A stretch of 64,000 nt of DNA from Gemmatimonadota bacterium (GTDB taxonomy: Bacteria > Gemmatimonadota > Gemmatimonadetes > Palauibacterales > Palauibacteraceae): the NCBI GenBank assembly GCA_039587755.1, contig JBDHBD010000006.1, positions 9,020 through 73,019 of the forward strand. Reading direction: 5' to 3'. Below, one piece after another: positions 9,528-19,235 of this stretch (positions are counted from its first letter, which is position 1; every line of letters starts with the position of its first letter). The position numbers were made by a program, and so were the translations under genes. Under the pieces are notes generated by a model. That model was not told the DNA's origin. It did not search any database and worked only from the letters and a program-made list of their open reading frames with translations.

Positions 9528-11075
9528 TTGCGCAAGCTGCGGATCGGCATCATCGACCTGGTCGCAAAAACTCCCACCAAAGCCCTCTACGCCCGCGTGA
9601 TGAACGCGAACCTGGCCAGCATTATGCCTCAGGTGCTCGGTGTCTGGTGCGAGGAAGAAGGGCATGAGGTGAGCCTGGTGTGCTACACAGGCTTCGAAGA
9701 CCTCACCAAGGAGCTCCCCGACGACATCGATCTCTTGATCATCGGCGCGTTCTCGCAGGCAGCGCAGCTTTCCTATGCGATCAGCGCCATGTTCCGGGCG
9801 CGGGGGGTCGTGACCTGCCTCGGTGGTCCCCATGCGCGCTGCTATCCGCAGGACGCGCAGAAATACTTCGATTACGTCCTCGGTTTCACGGACCGGGATG
9901 TGTTGAGCGAGGTTCTGGACGAGTGCACCGCACAGCGACCGATGGGCCGCCACCTTTCCGCCACGCAGCAGCCCCTGTCGCTTCCCGGTGTGCGCGCGCG
10001 GTGGAAGTTCATCGAACCGACGCTGCGGAAGGCGCCGACCATAAAGATCGTCCCGATGCTCGGCAGCCTTGGCTGTCCCTACACATGTAGCTTCTGCATC
10101 GATTCCGAGGTCAAGTACCAGCCGCTCGATTTCGACGAGATGAAGGGGGATCTCCGGTTTCTGCTGACGAAGATGAAGCGGCCGAAGGTGGGCTGGCACG
10201 ATCCGAACTTCGGCGTGCGATTCGACGACTGCTTGAACGCCATCGAAGAGGCCGTCCCGCCAGGAGCCATCGACTTCATCGCGGAGAGCAGTCTGTCGCT
10301 CCTGTCCGAGCCACACGTCGAGCGGCTGGCCAGGAACGGCTTCAAGGCATTGCTGCCCGGTATCGAATCGTGGTACGACCTCGGGAACAAGTCGAAGACC
10401 GGCAAGAAGCAGGGCATGGAGAAGGTGGAGCAGGTCGCGGACCACGCGAACATGCTTCTTCGACACGTGCCGTACTTGCAGACGAACTTCGTGCTCGGAC
10501 TCGACGGAGACGAGGGCCCGGAACCATTCGAGCTAACGAAGCGGTTTCTGGATCGCTCGCCAGGCGCGTTCCCCGGCTTCTCGCTTTTGACGGCGTTCGG
10601 GGAAGCCGCCCCTCTCAATCTTCAGTATCAGAGGGAAGACCGGGTGCTGAGCTTCCCCTTCCATTTTCTCAACAACCACTACGCTATGAACGTCCGCCCC
10701 ATGAACTACGAGTGGCCGGACTTCTACGATCACGTGATCGATCTCAGCCGGTACAGCTTCTCCAAGAAAGGCGTGTGGCGCCGATTGAAGGCCAACGACA
10801 CCGCGATTCCACGACTGATGAACGTCGTGCGTGCCATTTCATCGGAGGGTCGGGGCAGGATCGAATTCTACAGCACCATCCGGAATAAACTCGCCACCGA
10901 CAGGGGCTTCCGCGGCTATTTCGAAGGGGAGACGGACCAACTGCCGGACTTCTACCGCGATCGCGTCAGGGCTGATCTCGGCCCCTTCTGGGATTTCCTT
11001 CCCGATGGGGCCCTGCACCACGACCCGCACGCCTACTTGCACGCGAACGGCGGGGCAACGGTGCGGCCGGCCTGA
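9528..11075 (+). CDS. B12-binding domain radical SAM protein
   Basis: GGPH in the N-terminal domain; GCPYTCSFC CxxxCxxC; DPNFG, PGIES, NFVLGLD. Confidence 0.88.
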   Translation: MRKLRIGIIDLVAKTPTKALYARVMNANLASIMPQVLGVWCEEEGHEVSLVCYTGFEDLTKELPDDIDLLIIGAFSQAAQLSYAISAMFRARGVVTCLGGPHARCYPQDAQKYFDYVLGFTDRDVLSEVLDECTAQRPMGRHLSATQQPLSLPGVRARWKFIEPTLRKAPTIKIVPMLGSLGCPYTCSFCIDSEVKYQPLDFDEMKGDLRFLLTKMKRPKVGWHDPNFGVRFDDCLNAIEEAVPPGAIDFIAESSLSLLSEPHVERLARNGFKALLPGIESWYDLGNKSKTGKKQGMEKVEQVADHANMLLRHVPYLQTNFVLGLDGDEGPEPFELTKRFLDRSPGAFPGFSLLTAFGEAAPLNLQYQREDRVLSFPFHFLNNHYAMNVRPMNYEWPDFYDHVIDLSRYSFSKKGVWRRLKANDTAIPRLMNVVRAISSEGRGRIEFYSTIRNKLATDRGFRGYFEGETDQLPDFYRDRVRADLGPFWDFLPDGALHHDPHAYLHANGGATVRPA

Positions 11076-11124
11076 GGCACGGCACGCGTAGCAGACGGGT
11101 CCGCGGTCTCGAGCGAAAAGCTCG

Positions 11125-11850
11125 CTAGTCTGTCGCTGCCGGGAACCGCGCGATCTCCTGGCCCTCCGGATCGAGCATGCGGAGGACCGGTGTGCCGTCG
11201 GGGGCCACCTCCAGAATCAGGCGCTCCCGTCCCTCTCCGTCGTTGAGTCGGAGGGAGACCGCTCCGTTGTCACTCTTCCCCAGATACAGTCGCGGATGGG
11301 CCGAGTCGCGCCCCGCGAAGAAGCTCGAAAGCTCGGCCTGCTGCTCGGCCTTGGGAAGTGTCTTCGTACGCTCGACCAGCTGGATGAGCTCCTCGATCGA
11401 GTAATCGGGTCTGTCCCACACCGACATACCGGCCTTCCGGTTCCCGCCGTCTTCGGAAGCGTTGAAGGTGAGTACCTGGTCCTGCTCGTACTGGTCGAAA
11501 CTCAGGTGCCCGAACGCGCTCACGTTGCCGTCCGCGTTCTTCGCGCCGCCGAAAATGAGACCACCCTGCTCGGTGCCCTCGTCGTTGAAGAAGAGGATGC
11601 CCGCCGTCTTCCGGCTGGGATGCTCGTACTCCATGCCCTTGAAGAGAATGCCTGGAAACAGGGCTTTGCTGGAGAGGACCAGACGGACCGTCCCGTCCGG
11701 CTCGACGACGTTGATCCGCTGCACGTCGAGTTCCGTGAAGCTCGCGTCGCGTGGTCTGGCAAACCCCGTGACCACAGTGAGCGCGAAGATCGTAGTGAGG
11801 GCGCCGGAATAGACGACCAGTAATCGGCGATTGTCCAAGAGTGCCTTCAA
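11125..11850 (-). CDS. Hypothetical membrane-anchored protein
   Basis: TTG start after AAGGAG; N-terminal TM; beta-rich body (ELDVQRINVVEPDGTVRLV); coding-like codon use. Confidence 0.7.
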   Translation of the reverse strand: MKALLDNRRLLVVYSGALTTIFALTVVTGFARPRDASFTELDVQRINVVEPDGTVRLVLSSKALFPGILFKGMEYEHPSRKTAGILFFNDEGTEQGGLIFGGAKNADGNVSAFGHLSFDQYEQDQVLTFNASEDGGNRKAGMSVWDRPDYSIEELIQLVERTKTLPKAEQQAELSSFFAGRDSAHPRLYLGKSDNGAVSLRLNDGEGRERLILEVAPDGTPVLRMLDPEGQEIARFPAATD

Positions 11851-12008
11851 CGGAGGCTCCTTTCTCACTGCTCGCTGTGCGTTCTCGTCGTTCGTCCTGT
11901 GCGCCCAATCGTTCGGAGGGTCAGCTCGGCTGGTCAAGACTGGGATCAAGAAAATCCTATCGGGAGATGGAACAGAGTTCCGAACACGGTCGAAATCGGC
12001 CGTTCCGT

Positions 12009-12033
12009 TAACCGTATATGATGTATACGGTTA
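12009..12033. promoter_or_regulatory. Perfect 10-bp inverted repeat, candidate operator
   Basis: TAACCGTATA-tgatg-TATACGGTTA in an AT-rich gap between divergent genes. Confidence 0.6.
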
Positions 12034-12048
12034 CAATGTTTTTCGGTT

Positions 12049-12065
12049 CTGGCACGCTTGTCGCG
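12049..12065 (+). promoter_or_regulatory. Candidate sigma-54 (-24/-12) promoter
   Basis: CTGGCACGCTTGTCGCG: exact TGGCACG and GG-N10-GC spacing; -12 element is TCGC rather than TTGC. Confidence 0.45.
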
Positions 12066-12120
12066 AATCCCCACGCCAACATCGTCTGACACCTGCTGCC
12101 GACGTGAGAAGGGTCTCCGT

Positions 12121-12831
12121 ATGCATGCTCCAGCTTGCTTGCTTCGATCGAGTTTCCCCATCTGGACCCCAGCTCCTAGATCGCCTGCAACGGTCCGCAG
12201 TGCGGGACCTGTTCACTGGGCCCGATGGGCTCGAACGGCTCTCTCGCTCCGCTGGCTTCGACAGTCACTGGCAGGCTCGGTCGTCGCGGTCGCGCTTCTG
12301 ACGTTGGCCACGCCGGCGGAGGGCCAGGAACCGCACACCCGCAGCGGCCAGTGGATCAGCGTGGGTGCCGGCGGTGGCGTCGACCGCGTGGGGTGCGACA
12401 TCTGCTCAGGCACACTCCGCGTCGGTCTGTCGGGATACGCCGCCTTCGGCGGAACGCTGAGCCAGCACGTCGCACTCGGCGGGGCCCTGTCCGGCTGGAC
12501 GCGTTCGGATGAAGGGATTCGTCAGCTCGTCGGCTCCTTGCTCGCCGTGCTTCGCTGGTATCCGAAGGCAGACGGACCGTGGCACTTCTCGGGAGGTCTC
12601 GGGGCCGTGGGCTATCGAGCCGAGGAAGAGGGCGACGCGCTGACGTCGCTCAGTCCCGGCCTGCAGGTCGGAGCGGTCTACGAGCGCTGGATATCCGGCG
12701 GTGTGACGCTGTCTCCCTTCGCGACACTTACGGTCGCGCCGATCGCCACGCTCAAATTCAACGGCGACCCGGCAGCTTCAGGCGCCAACATCGCGCTGCT
12801 GCAGGCCGGATTGGGGGTCACATGGCACTGA
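12121..12831 (+). CDS. Small outer-membrane beta-barrel protein
   Basis: Signal-like segment ending AEG-Q; alternating Gly/hydrophobic strands; C-terminal GLGVTWH; CDIC in the first loop. Start uncertain. Confidence 0.7.
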   Translation: MHAPACLLRSSFPIWTPAPRSPATVRSAGPVHWARWARTALSLRWLRQSLAGSVVAVALLTLATPAEGQEPHTRSGQWISVGAGGGVDRVGCDICSGTLRVGLSGYAAFGGTLSQHVALGGALSGWTRSDEGIRQLVGSLLAVLRWYPKADGPWHFSGGLGAVGYRAEEEGDALTSLSPGLQVGAVYERWISGGVTLSPFATLTVAPIATLKFNGDPAASGANIALLQAGLGVTWH

Positions 12832-14120
12832 CGAATATGCGACTAAATACGCCGCTTAAGACGCCACACGGATCGAGGATTTCCTGGCCGGCTCGACTCT
12901 CGCCGGCTCTGCTTCTCCTGCTCGGGGCCTGCGCGGACGGTGGCCCATCGGCGCTCCAATCCGCTCCCGCGGGTTTCAGCATGGCCTACGGGAGGTGGGA
13001 GCCGGGACCCTACGACACGTGCACCAGGGAGATCCACGATGGGTATTCCGTCGTCGGCCCCGATGGGAAGCTGTACCCGACATGGCACCCGCCGGTGGAT
13101 ACTCAGACCGGGTGTACGTTCGGGCACGAGCACGGTCGGGACCCGAGCAGTTCGGCGCTCTTCACAAAGGTCGGTCCCATCCCCTTCGGATACGCGAACG
13201 AGCAGCTGGACGTCTACGATCCGCTGACCGCGCGCCACGAGGACCACGTAGGACACAAGATCGAGTGGGAGAACGGCATCGCGCTGCGCTTTCCCGGCCC
13301 GGCGGCGGTGGTGTTCGACGTCCAGTGCGACGTGCTGGCCAAACTCCACCAGGGGTCTCACTCGAAAGACGCGTTCACCAACAACCTCCACGAGCTCGCG
13401 TACCACCTGCGCTGCGACGACGGCACGGCCATGGACTTCACGGTGCTGACGGCGATCGGTAAGCCCGGCCAGTTCGTGCGCTCGTGCGACAGCGGCGTGC
13501 ACGTGACGGTCGGACCGGCCACCCCCCTCAATTCTCCGAGCGGCGGCGGCAAGCGCCTGATCCCCGATAGGACCTGCGTAGAAGAGCACATCCTCGTCGC
13601 CGAGGGAGAACGGTCTAACTACGGACGAGGACTGAGAGAGAGCTGGCAGCTCTCCCAGCACATTCGGAGAGCCGACGGTCAAAGCCTCGCCTTCATCAAT
13701 CCGTACCTCAACGTCCGGTTTCCGAGCCGCTACTTCGATCCCGTCGCGCCGAGCGGAGTGGCTCGCCCCATCGACGCTTGTTACGAGACCGTCGGAGGTC
13801 GGCGGGCCCGCGGCGGTGAATGCGCCGAATCAACCGGGGAGGGCAACCTGATCGGCCTTCAGTTCGACGATCCGCGGTCGCTGTTCGATGGAGTCGTCCG
13901 GGACATGGACGTCAACGCGAACCGCATTCGCAACGCCGACGGCCCGGAGATCTGGTACACGGACCCGTTTGGCAACAACGCCCAGCCGGAGCTGTTTCCC
14001 GGGTCGATTCGGCAGTTCATCGCCCGCATCGACAACGATAGGGGTGGCGCCAACCCCGGCGGGCCCAGCATAGGTCGCGAGAGACACTACGGAGGAGCCA
14101 GCGTGCACGCTCCCAACTGA
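12822..14120 (+). CDS. Hypothetical His/Cys-rich lipoprotein
   Basis: Lipobox LLGAC; YPTWHPP, CTFGHEHGRDP, HEDHVGHK, HQGSHS..NNLHE; overlaps the upstream gene. Confidence 0.7.
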   Translation: MALTNMRLNTPLKTPHGSRISWPARLSPALLLLLGACADGGPSALQSAPAGFSMAYGRWEPGPYDTCTREIHDGYSVVGPDGKLYPTWHPPVDTQTGCTFGHEHGRDPSSSALFTKVGPIPFGYANEQLDVYDPLTARHEDHVGHKIEWENGIALRFPGPAAVVFDVQCDVLAKLHQGSHSKDAFTNNLHELAYHLRCDDGTAMDFTVLTAIGKPGQFVRSCDSGVHVTVGPATPLNSPSGGGKRLIPDRTCVEEHILVAEGERSNYGRGLRESWQLSQHIRRADGQSLAFINPYLNVRFPSRYFDPVAPSGVARPIDACYETVGGRRARGGECAESTGEGNLIGLQFDDPRSLFDGVVRDMDVNANRIRNADGPEIWYTDPFGNNAQPELFPGSIRQFIARIDNDRGGANPGGPSIGRERHYGGASVHAPN

Positions 14121-14438
14121 CTGGCTGCGATTTTTCGGGCCTCGACGTCGTTGCCAACGCCGGCCCGAGGGGCGCGCATCAAAACGATCCAGACGCGGCG
14201 GCTGCTTCAGCAGCATCGTCCGATCGCGATCTCGGCCAGCGTCAGAAGTATGCCTGAAATGCGCTCGCGCGCCGCACTCGTATAACTAAGCAGGCGTCGG
14301 CAGATCGTCACGTAACAGGGGTGGTTGGCATCAAGATTGTGCCCTTACCGAACGCCACATTGCTCTTCCGAGCGCCGACGATGTAACCTCCGAGCGTACA
14401 CCGATGACCATAGAACCCTCAGCAGAAAGGGACCGGTC

Positions 14439-15914
14439 ATGAATCGTACCATATCGCGATCCATCTTCCTTCTTTGGCTCGCTGCCAGCGTATCCCGGCC
14501 GACGATCGCCCAGGACCCGCCTCGCCCTTTGGCCGACGATCCACGCGTGGCGGATGCCCTCCGGATGTGGGAGGAGTGGGTCGAGTATCAGGCGACGATG
14601 GACGCCGTTCCCGGGGTGTCGCTCGGTATCGTCCACGACCAGGAGCTGATCGCTGCCGGCGCGTTCGGATTCGCGAACCCCGAGACCCAAATGCCGGCGA
14701 CGCCGGAGACCCTGTACAGCATCTGCTCCATCTCGAAGCTGTTCACGAGCGTCGCGGTCATGCAGCAGAGGGACGAGGGCAAACTGCGACTGGGTGATCC
14801 GGTGGCCGAGCATCTGCCGTGGTTCGAGATCCAGGATGCCCACCCGGACGACGGGCCGATCACCATCGCCGGGATTCTGACGCATTCGGCCGGGCTGCCA
14901 CGCGAGTCGGATTATCCGTACTGGACGGGTGCGGAGGGCTACCCGTTCCCGACCCACGAGGAGATCGTGGCCCGCATCGACGAGCAAGCCACGCTGTACC
15001 CGGCCTCCCGGTACTTCCAGTACTCGAATCTCGGGCTGACGCTCGCCGGCGAGATCGTGGCGGCCGTCTCCGGGCAGCCGTTCGGCGAGTACATCCGCTC
15101 GAGGATTCTGGAGCCGCTGGATATGAAGAACACCTTCACCGAGGTGCCGATCGACCTTCGCGGCAGTCGGCTCGCCATAGGACACACGGCGCGCAGACGC
15201 GATGGTTCGCGGCCCGTAGCGGAGCCCTTTCAAACGCGAGGGATCGCACCGGCGGCCGGTTTCGCCTCCACCGTGGGCGACCTCGCCCGGTTCGCGATGT
15301 GGCAGAACCGCTTGCTATCGGGCGGCGGCGAGGAAGTGCTGCGGGCCTCCACTCTCCGCGAGATGCACAGAGTCTGGTGGGTGGATCCCGATTGGAAGAC
15401 GACCCGGGGGCTCGGCTTCGCCGTGTCCCGCGAGGGCGACCGTACCTTCGTGAGCCACGGTGGTGGGTGCCCCGGATACTACACGCACTTTCGGCTGGAG
15501 CCGAAGTCGAAGATCGCAGCGATCGTGCTGACCAACAGCATCGGTTCCGAGGTCGGCTTCTATACCCTGAAGGCGTTCGATCTGATCGCGCCTGCGGTCG
15601 AGGAGGCGCTCGATGAGGAGGGCGAAGTACCCGAGCGCGATCCAAGCCTCGATCGCTACACGGGAGTCTACGAGTCGATCTGGGGACAGTCGGCGATCGT
15701 CCGCTGGGAGGACGGGCTCGCGTACCTTGGGTTGGGCAGCCGGGACCCGGCGAACGCTCTGTTCAAGCTGAAGAAGACCGACGACCACACGTTCCGGCTG
15801 GTTCGCAAGGACGACGACAAAGTGCTGGGGCAGGAGTTCGTGTTCGAGGTCGCCGAGGACGGCTCGGTCACACGGTACCTGACGCACAGCAACTGGTCCA
15901 CGAAGATTCGGTAG
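14439..15914 (+). CDS. Serine hydrolase, beta-lactamase/AmpC-like family, secreted
   Basis: SISK, LTHSAGL, YSN, HGG motifs; signal peptide. Confidence 0.9.
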   Translation: MNRTISRSIFLLWLAASVSRPTIAQDPPRPLADDPRVADALRMWEEWVEYQATMDAVPGVSLGIVHDQELIAAGAFGFANPETQMPATPETLYSICSISKLFTSVAVMQQRDEGKLRLGDPVAEHLPWFEIQDAHPDDGPITIAGILTHSAGLPRESDYPYWTGAEGYPFPTHEEIVARIDEQATLYPASRYFQYSNLGLTLAGEIVAAVSGQPFGEYIRSRILEPLDMKNTFTEVPIDLRGSRLAIGHTARRRDGSRPVAEPFQTRGIAPAAGFASTVGDLARFAMWQNRLLSGGGEEVLRASTLREMHRVWWVDPDWKTTRGLGFAVSREGDRTFVSHGGGCPGYYTHFRLEPKSKIAAIVLTNSIGSEVGFYTLKAFDLIAPAVEEALDEEGEVPERDPSLDRYTGVYESIWGQSAIVRWEDGLAYLGLGSRDPANALFKLKKTDDHTFRLVRKDDDKVLGQEFVFEVAEDGSVTRYLTHSNWSTKIR

Positions 15915-15923
15915 AGGTGACAG

Positions 15924-17201
15924 ATGGCGATCGATCGAGCCCGGCGTGTCGGTAGACGGATAGCCGTTTTGGCCGTCTCGTTATTGCTGGCCGTCCTGGT
16001 GCTCACCCCCCGTGCTGCGCGAGCCCAGGAAGAGGCGTACGTGCCAGCTCCGGGGGACGGCTGGGAGCGCCGGGCGCCCGAGGAAGTCGGGATGGACCCG
16101 GCGGGCGTCCGGGCCGCCGTCGAGTACGCGCTTGCCCACGAGACTTCGGTGGCTAGGGATCAGGAGTGGTCGCAGACGCAGAGTTTCGGGCGCGAGCCAT
16201 ACGGTCACGGCATCGGACCGTTCAGGATCCGGGGTGGCGCCGCGGGCCTGATCGTACGGCACGGATACATCGTCGCCGAGTGGGGCGATACGCGGCGTGT
16301 CGACATGACGCACAGCGTGACCAAGTCGTTTCTGTCGACGACGGTCGGTCTCGCCTGGGAGGAAGGCTTGATCCGGTCCCTCGATGACACCGTGTGCGAG
16401 TACATGGCGCCCCTCGACGTGCCGGAGGGGGACGGCGAGCCGGGTGTGGACCGGACCGGGTTCGGGCGCCTCGATCCGACCACGCTGTTCGAGTCGGAGC
16501 ACAACCGCAGAATCACGTGGGAGCACCTCCTGCGTCAGAGCTCCGACTGGGAGGGAACGCTGTGGGGCAAGCCCGATTGGGCGGACCGGCCGGATCATGA
16601 TCCCGCGAACTGGAAGACGCGCGACCGGTACGAGCCGGGCACGGCCTACGAATACAACGACACCCGGGTGAACCTTCTCTCGCTCGCCGCGCTCAACGTG
16701 TGGCATCGCCCGCTCCCGCAGGTGTTGAGAGAGCGGGTCATGAATCCGATCGGCGCGTCACCCACCTGGCGTTGGTACGGATACGAAAACTCTTGGGTGA
16801 CGATCGACGGCGTTCGGGTCCAAGCCGTCAGCGGGGGCGGCCACTGGGGAGGCGGAATGTTCATCAGCGCCCGGGATCAGGCGCGGTTCGGCCTGTTTAC
16901 GCTGCGGAAGGGCCGCTGGGGCGACCGGCAACTGCTCGCGGAGGAGTGGTTCGAGTTGGCCACAACCCCCGGGCCGGCGAACGGCGTCTACGGCTTCATG
17001 AATTACTTCTTGAACCTCCCCGACGAGGCCGGTGAAAGGAGGTTCCCGAGCGCTCCCGCCTCGGCCTACGCGCACCTGGGCAACGGGACGAACATGGTCT
17101 ACGTGGACCCGGAGAATGACCTGGTCGTCGTCGCACGCTGGATCCCACCGGGCGACATCGACGGACTGCTGAACATCGTGGTTGGCTCGATCTCCGAGTA
17201 G
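15924..17201 (+). CDS. Serine hydrolase, beta-lactamase family (NylB-like), secreted
   Basis: HSVTKS, YEYND, ISARDQARFG, HLGNG; signal peptide ARA-Q. Confidence 0.88.
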   Translation: MAIDRARRVGRRIAVLAVSLLLAVLVLTPRAARAQEEAYVPAPGDGWERRAPEEVGMDPAGVRAAVEYALAHETSVARDQEWSQTQSFGREPYGHGIGPFRIRGGAAGLIVRHGYIVAEWGDTRRVDMTHSVTKSFLSTTVGLAWEEGLIRSLDDTVCEYMAPLDVPEGDGEPGVDRTGFGRLDPTTLFESEHNRRITWEHLLRQSSDWEGTLWGKPDWADRPDHDPANWKTRDRYEPGTAYEYNDTRVNLLSLAALNVWHRPLPQVLRERVMNPIGASPTWRWYGYENSWVTIDGVRVQAVSGGGHWGGGMFISARDQARFGLFTLRKGRWGDRQLLAEEWFELATTPGPANGVYGFMNYFLNLPDEAGERRFPSAPASAYAHLGNGTNMVYVDPENDLVVVARWIPPGDIDGLLNIVVGSISE

Positions 17202-17314
17202 TAGGGGTACGACCGGCTACACTAGTCGTGGGCTCGCCTTTGACGAGTAGCCGCGGTAGTCGGGTGTACCGACGCAATGCGGAGCGGGATGCTACCGAGA
17301 AAGAGAAGACTGTG

Positions 17315-17734
17315 ATGCGCGGCGTACTCTTGGTTCTCGTTCTTCTAACTGCCTGTTGCGCGAGGACACGCGGTCCTGAAACGCTGCCAGAAGACCTGAC
17401 GGAAAGCGAGCAGGAGCTCGTCGGTCAGGACTGGAAATGCGAGCGGCGGGCGACCGTCACGGTCCACGTGGAAAATCGAAACTCCGCCGACGTCCACATC
17501 GCGTTCGGCCCGTACGCGCCAGCTCGTGCCGCACCGGGTCTCGGGGAGACCACCTATTCGGTCTCCCGCTACTTCCTGAACAGCTCCATCCGGCTCCGGA
17601 TCGCGCGTGGCGGGCTTCAGACGGGCACGCCCCCACCGGTCCCCACTGAGCCCGTCGTCTGCAATGATGCCACGCTGATCATCGGCAGCCACCTGCGTGA
17701 CAGCTTCTTCTACGGCGACAAGCTTCGCGGGTAA
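17315..17734 (+). CDS. Hypothetical lipoprotein
   Basis: MRGVLLVLVLLTAC lipobox. Confidence 0.6.
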   Translation: MRGVLLVLVLLTACCARTRGPETLPEDLTESEQELVGQDWKCERRATVTVHVENRNSADVHIAFGPYAPARAAPGLGETTYSVSRYFLNSSIRLRIARGGLQTGTPPPVPTEPVVCNDATLIIGSHLRDSFFYGDKLRG

Positions 17735-17763
17735 GTCTTACAAGCTCCGCCGGCAGGCTCCGC

Positions 17764-18213
17764 TCAGCGGACGTTTTCCGCTGTCACCGTCGGGGTCCGC
17801 TCTCCTCGCCAATAGCGCAGGACGTCCACGACGTCGATAGCCAGCGAGATCCCGTCGGCCACGATCACAGCCAGCAGCCACACTCCGAGTAGAGACCCCG
17901 TTCCAAGGGTCTGCAGGCGAAGCCAGAGCCACGGCAGGAGCGGAGTCCAGACCACGATGTGCCCCAATCCGAGCAGGCGGACGAAGCCGTGCTGCCGGAA
18001 GATCGCCAGCATGAGAATGAAGGCGACGGCCATCGCCGTGAGGACGAGCTGCCCCTCGATGATCTCGAAGAAGAACAGGCCGCCCAGGACATTGACTGCC
18101 CCCACCAGGCCAACCCACCCGCGCCATACGGGTGGCAGCGAGCGGAGGCCGGCAAGGAATCCCCTGAGGGTGCCGAAGAAAGAGCGGCGGAGCGGGTTCG
18201 CAGCGCGTATCAC
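17764..18213 (-). CDS. Small integral membrane protein
   Basis: About 4 TM helices; GFVRLLGLGH..W and DVVDVLRYWRGER. Confidence 0.7.
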   Translation of the reverse strand: MIRAANPLRRSFFGTLRGFLAGLRSLPPVWRGWVGLVGAVNVLGGLFFFEIIEGQLVLTAMAVAFILMLAIFRQHGFVRLLGLGHIVVWTPLLPWLWLRLQTLGTGSLLGVWLLAVIVADGISLAIDVVDVLRYWRGERTPTVTAENVR

Positions 18214-18286
18214 GATGCTTCAATCCCGCTCCGCCACAAGTTGATACACTCCGCCACGCATTGACCGAAGCGGCGCTGCCTCAATT

Positions 18287-19003
18287 CTAGAGCACCGCGC
18301 GCCCTTTCAGCTCGAGGAGGATGAGTTCGAGTGCCCCCTCACCCGCGTTTGAAGGCAGGTGTACCTCGGCGTCCGAGCACAGCACGTCGCCGGCGGACCC
18401 CGCAGGGATCTCCTGGATCTCTCCGTCCGGCATCTCGAACGTACTTGGCTGGCTAATCAGGAATATAGCGCAGTTGGCTGGATGGTTGTGCATGGCCGAA
18501 GTCTCGCCAGCCCCGTAGCGGATACGAACCAGACGGGCCACGTCGTTCTCGTACTCGACGGAATAATGGTCGGGATCGGCTGTGACGCCATCGGGATGCT
18601 CCGGCATCCAATCCGATCCTGCCGTCGCTCCCTCCTTGAACTCGATCAGGATGGCTTCGGCCACCGCGGCGCCCGCGTTCTCGGGAAGGTGAGCCCCGGC
18701 CTCAAAGCAACCAAGATCCCCAAAGGGCAGGGTGATCTCGGTCACGGCTCCTTCGGGATCCGTCATCCGCCAGGATCCGTCCCCGAGCGCGACGGCGCAG
18801 TGGGCTGGATGCGTGTGCATCACGGACTCCTCACCCGGACCGTACGCGACACGCACCAGGCGCACCGCATCGTTCTCGAACTCGACCGAGTAATGATCCG
18901 GGTCGGCCGTCACGGAATCCGTGTATTCCACCGGTGGCGGCGCCTCACCGCAGCCGAGGGAATACATGACAAGTGCAATCGGGAGAAGCTTGGAGTGGCG
19001 CAT
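18287..19003 (-). CDS. Tandem cupin-domain lipoprotein
   Basis: AGGAGG RBS, LGC lipobox; two copies of VTADPDHYSVExEND..RLVRxxYGxGE..MHxHPAxC..HLPxNAG. Confidence 0.82.
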   Translation of the reverse strand: MRHSKLLPIALVMYSLGCGEAPPPVEYTDSVTADPDHYSVEFENDAVRLVRVAYGPGEESVMHTHPAHCAVALGDGSWRMTDPEGAVTEITLPFGDLGCFEAGAHLPENAGAAVAEAILIEFKEGATAGSDWMPEHPDGVTADPDHYSVEYENDVARLVRIRYGAGETSAMHNHPANCAIFLISQPSTFEMPDGEIQEIPAGSAGDVLCSDAEVHLPSNAGEGALELILLELKGRAVL

Positions 19004-19235
19004 CCTTGACCTCCTGGGCGGCGAAACGCAGAAAATCCCGGCTATCGAACAGCGAGAGCCGCGATTCCTAATACGCATGAGACTGTAGATGAGAACCGCA
19101 GATCGCAAGGCGGTCGATCCCTGCACCGTTGCCTGCGGCTGAGCCCGTCGCGCATCTTTGGCCCGTCGAAGGGAAGGAAGTCGTGCGAGTCCGCCGTTGG
19201 GGCGCTCGCCCCTCAGAACCCTCCAGGAGGCTACG

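Noticed and set aside
14335-14352. Second sigma-54 promoter TTGGCATCAAGATTGT
   Set aside because: The -12 dinucleotide is GT rather than the conserved GC.
14439-17201. Beta-lactam resistance
   Set aside because: Generic SxxK serine hydrolases without AmpC-specific KTG; more likely peptidases or esterases.
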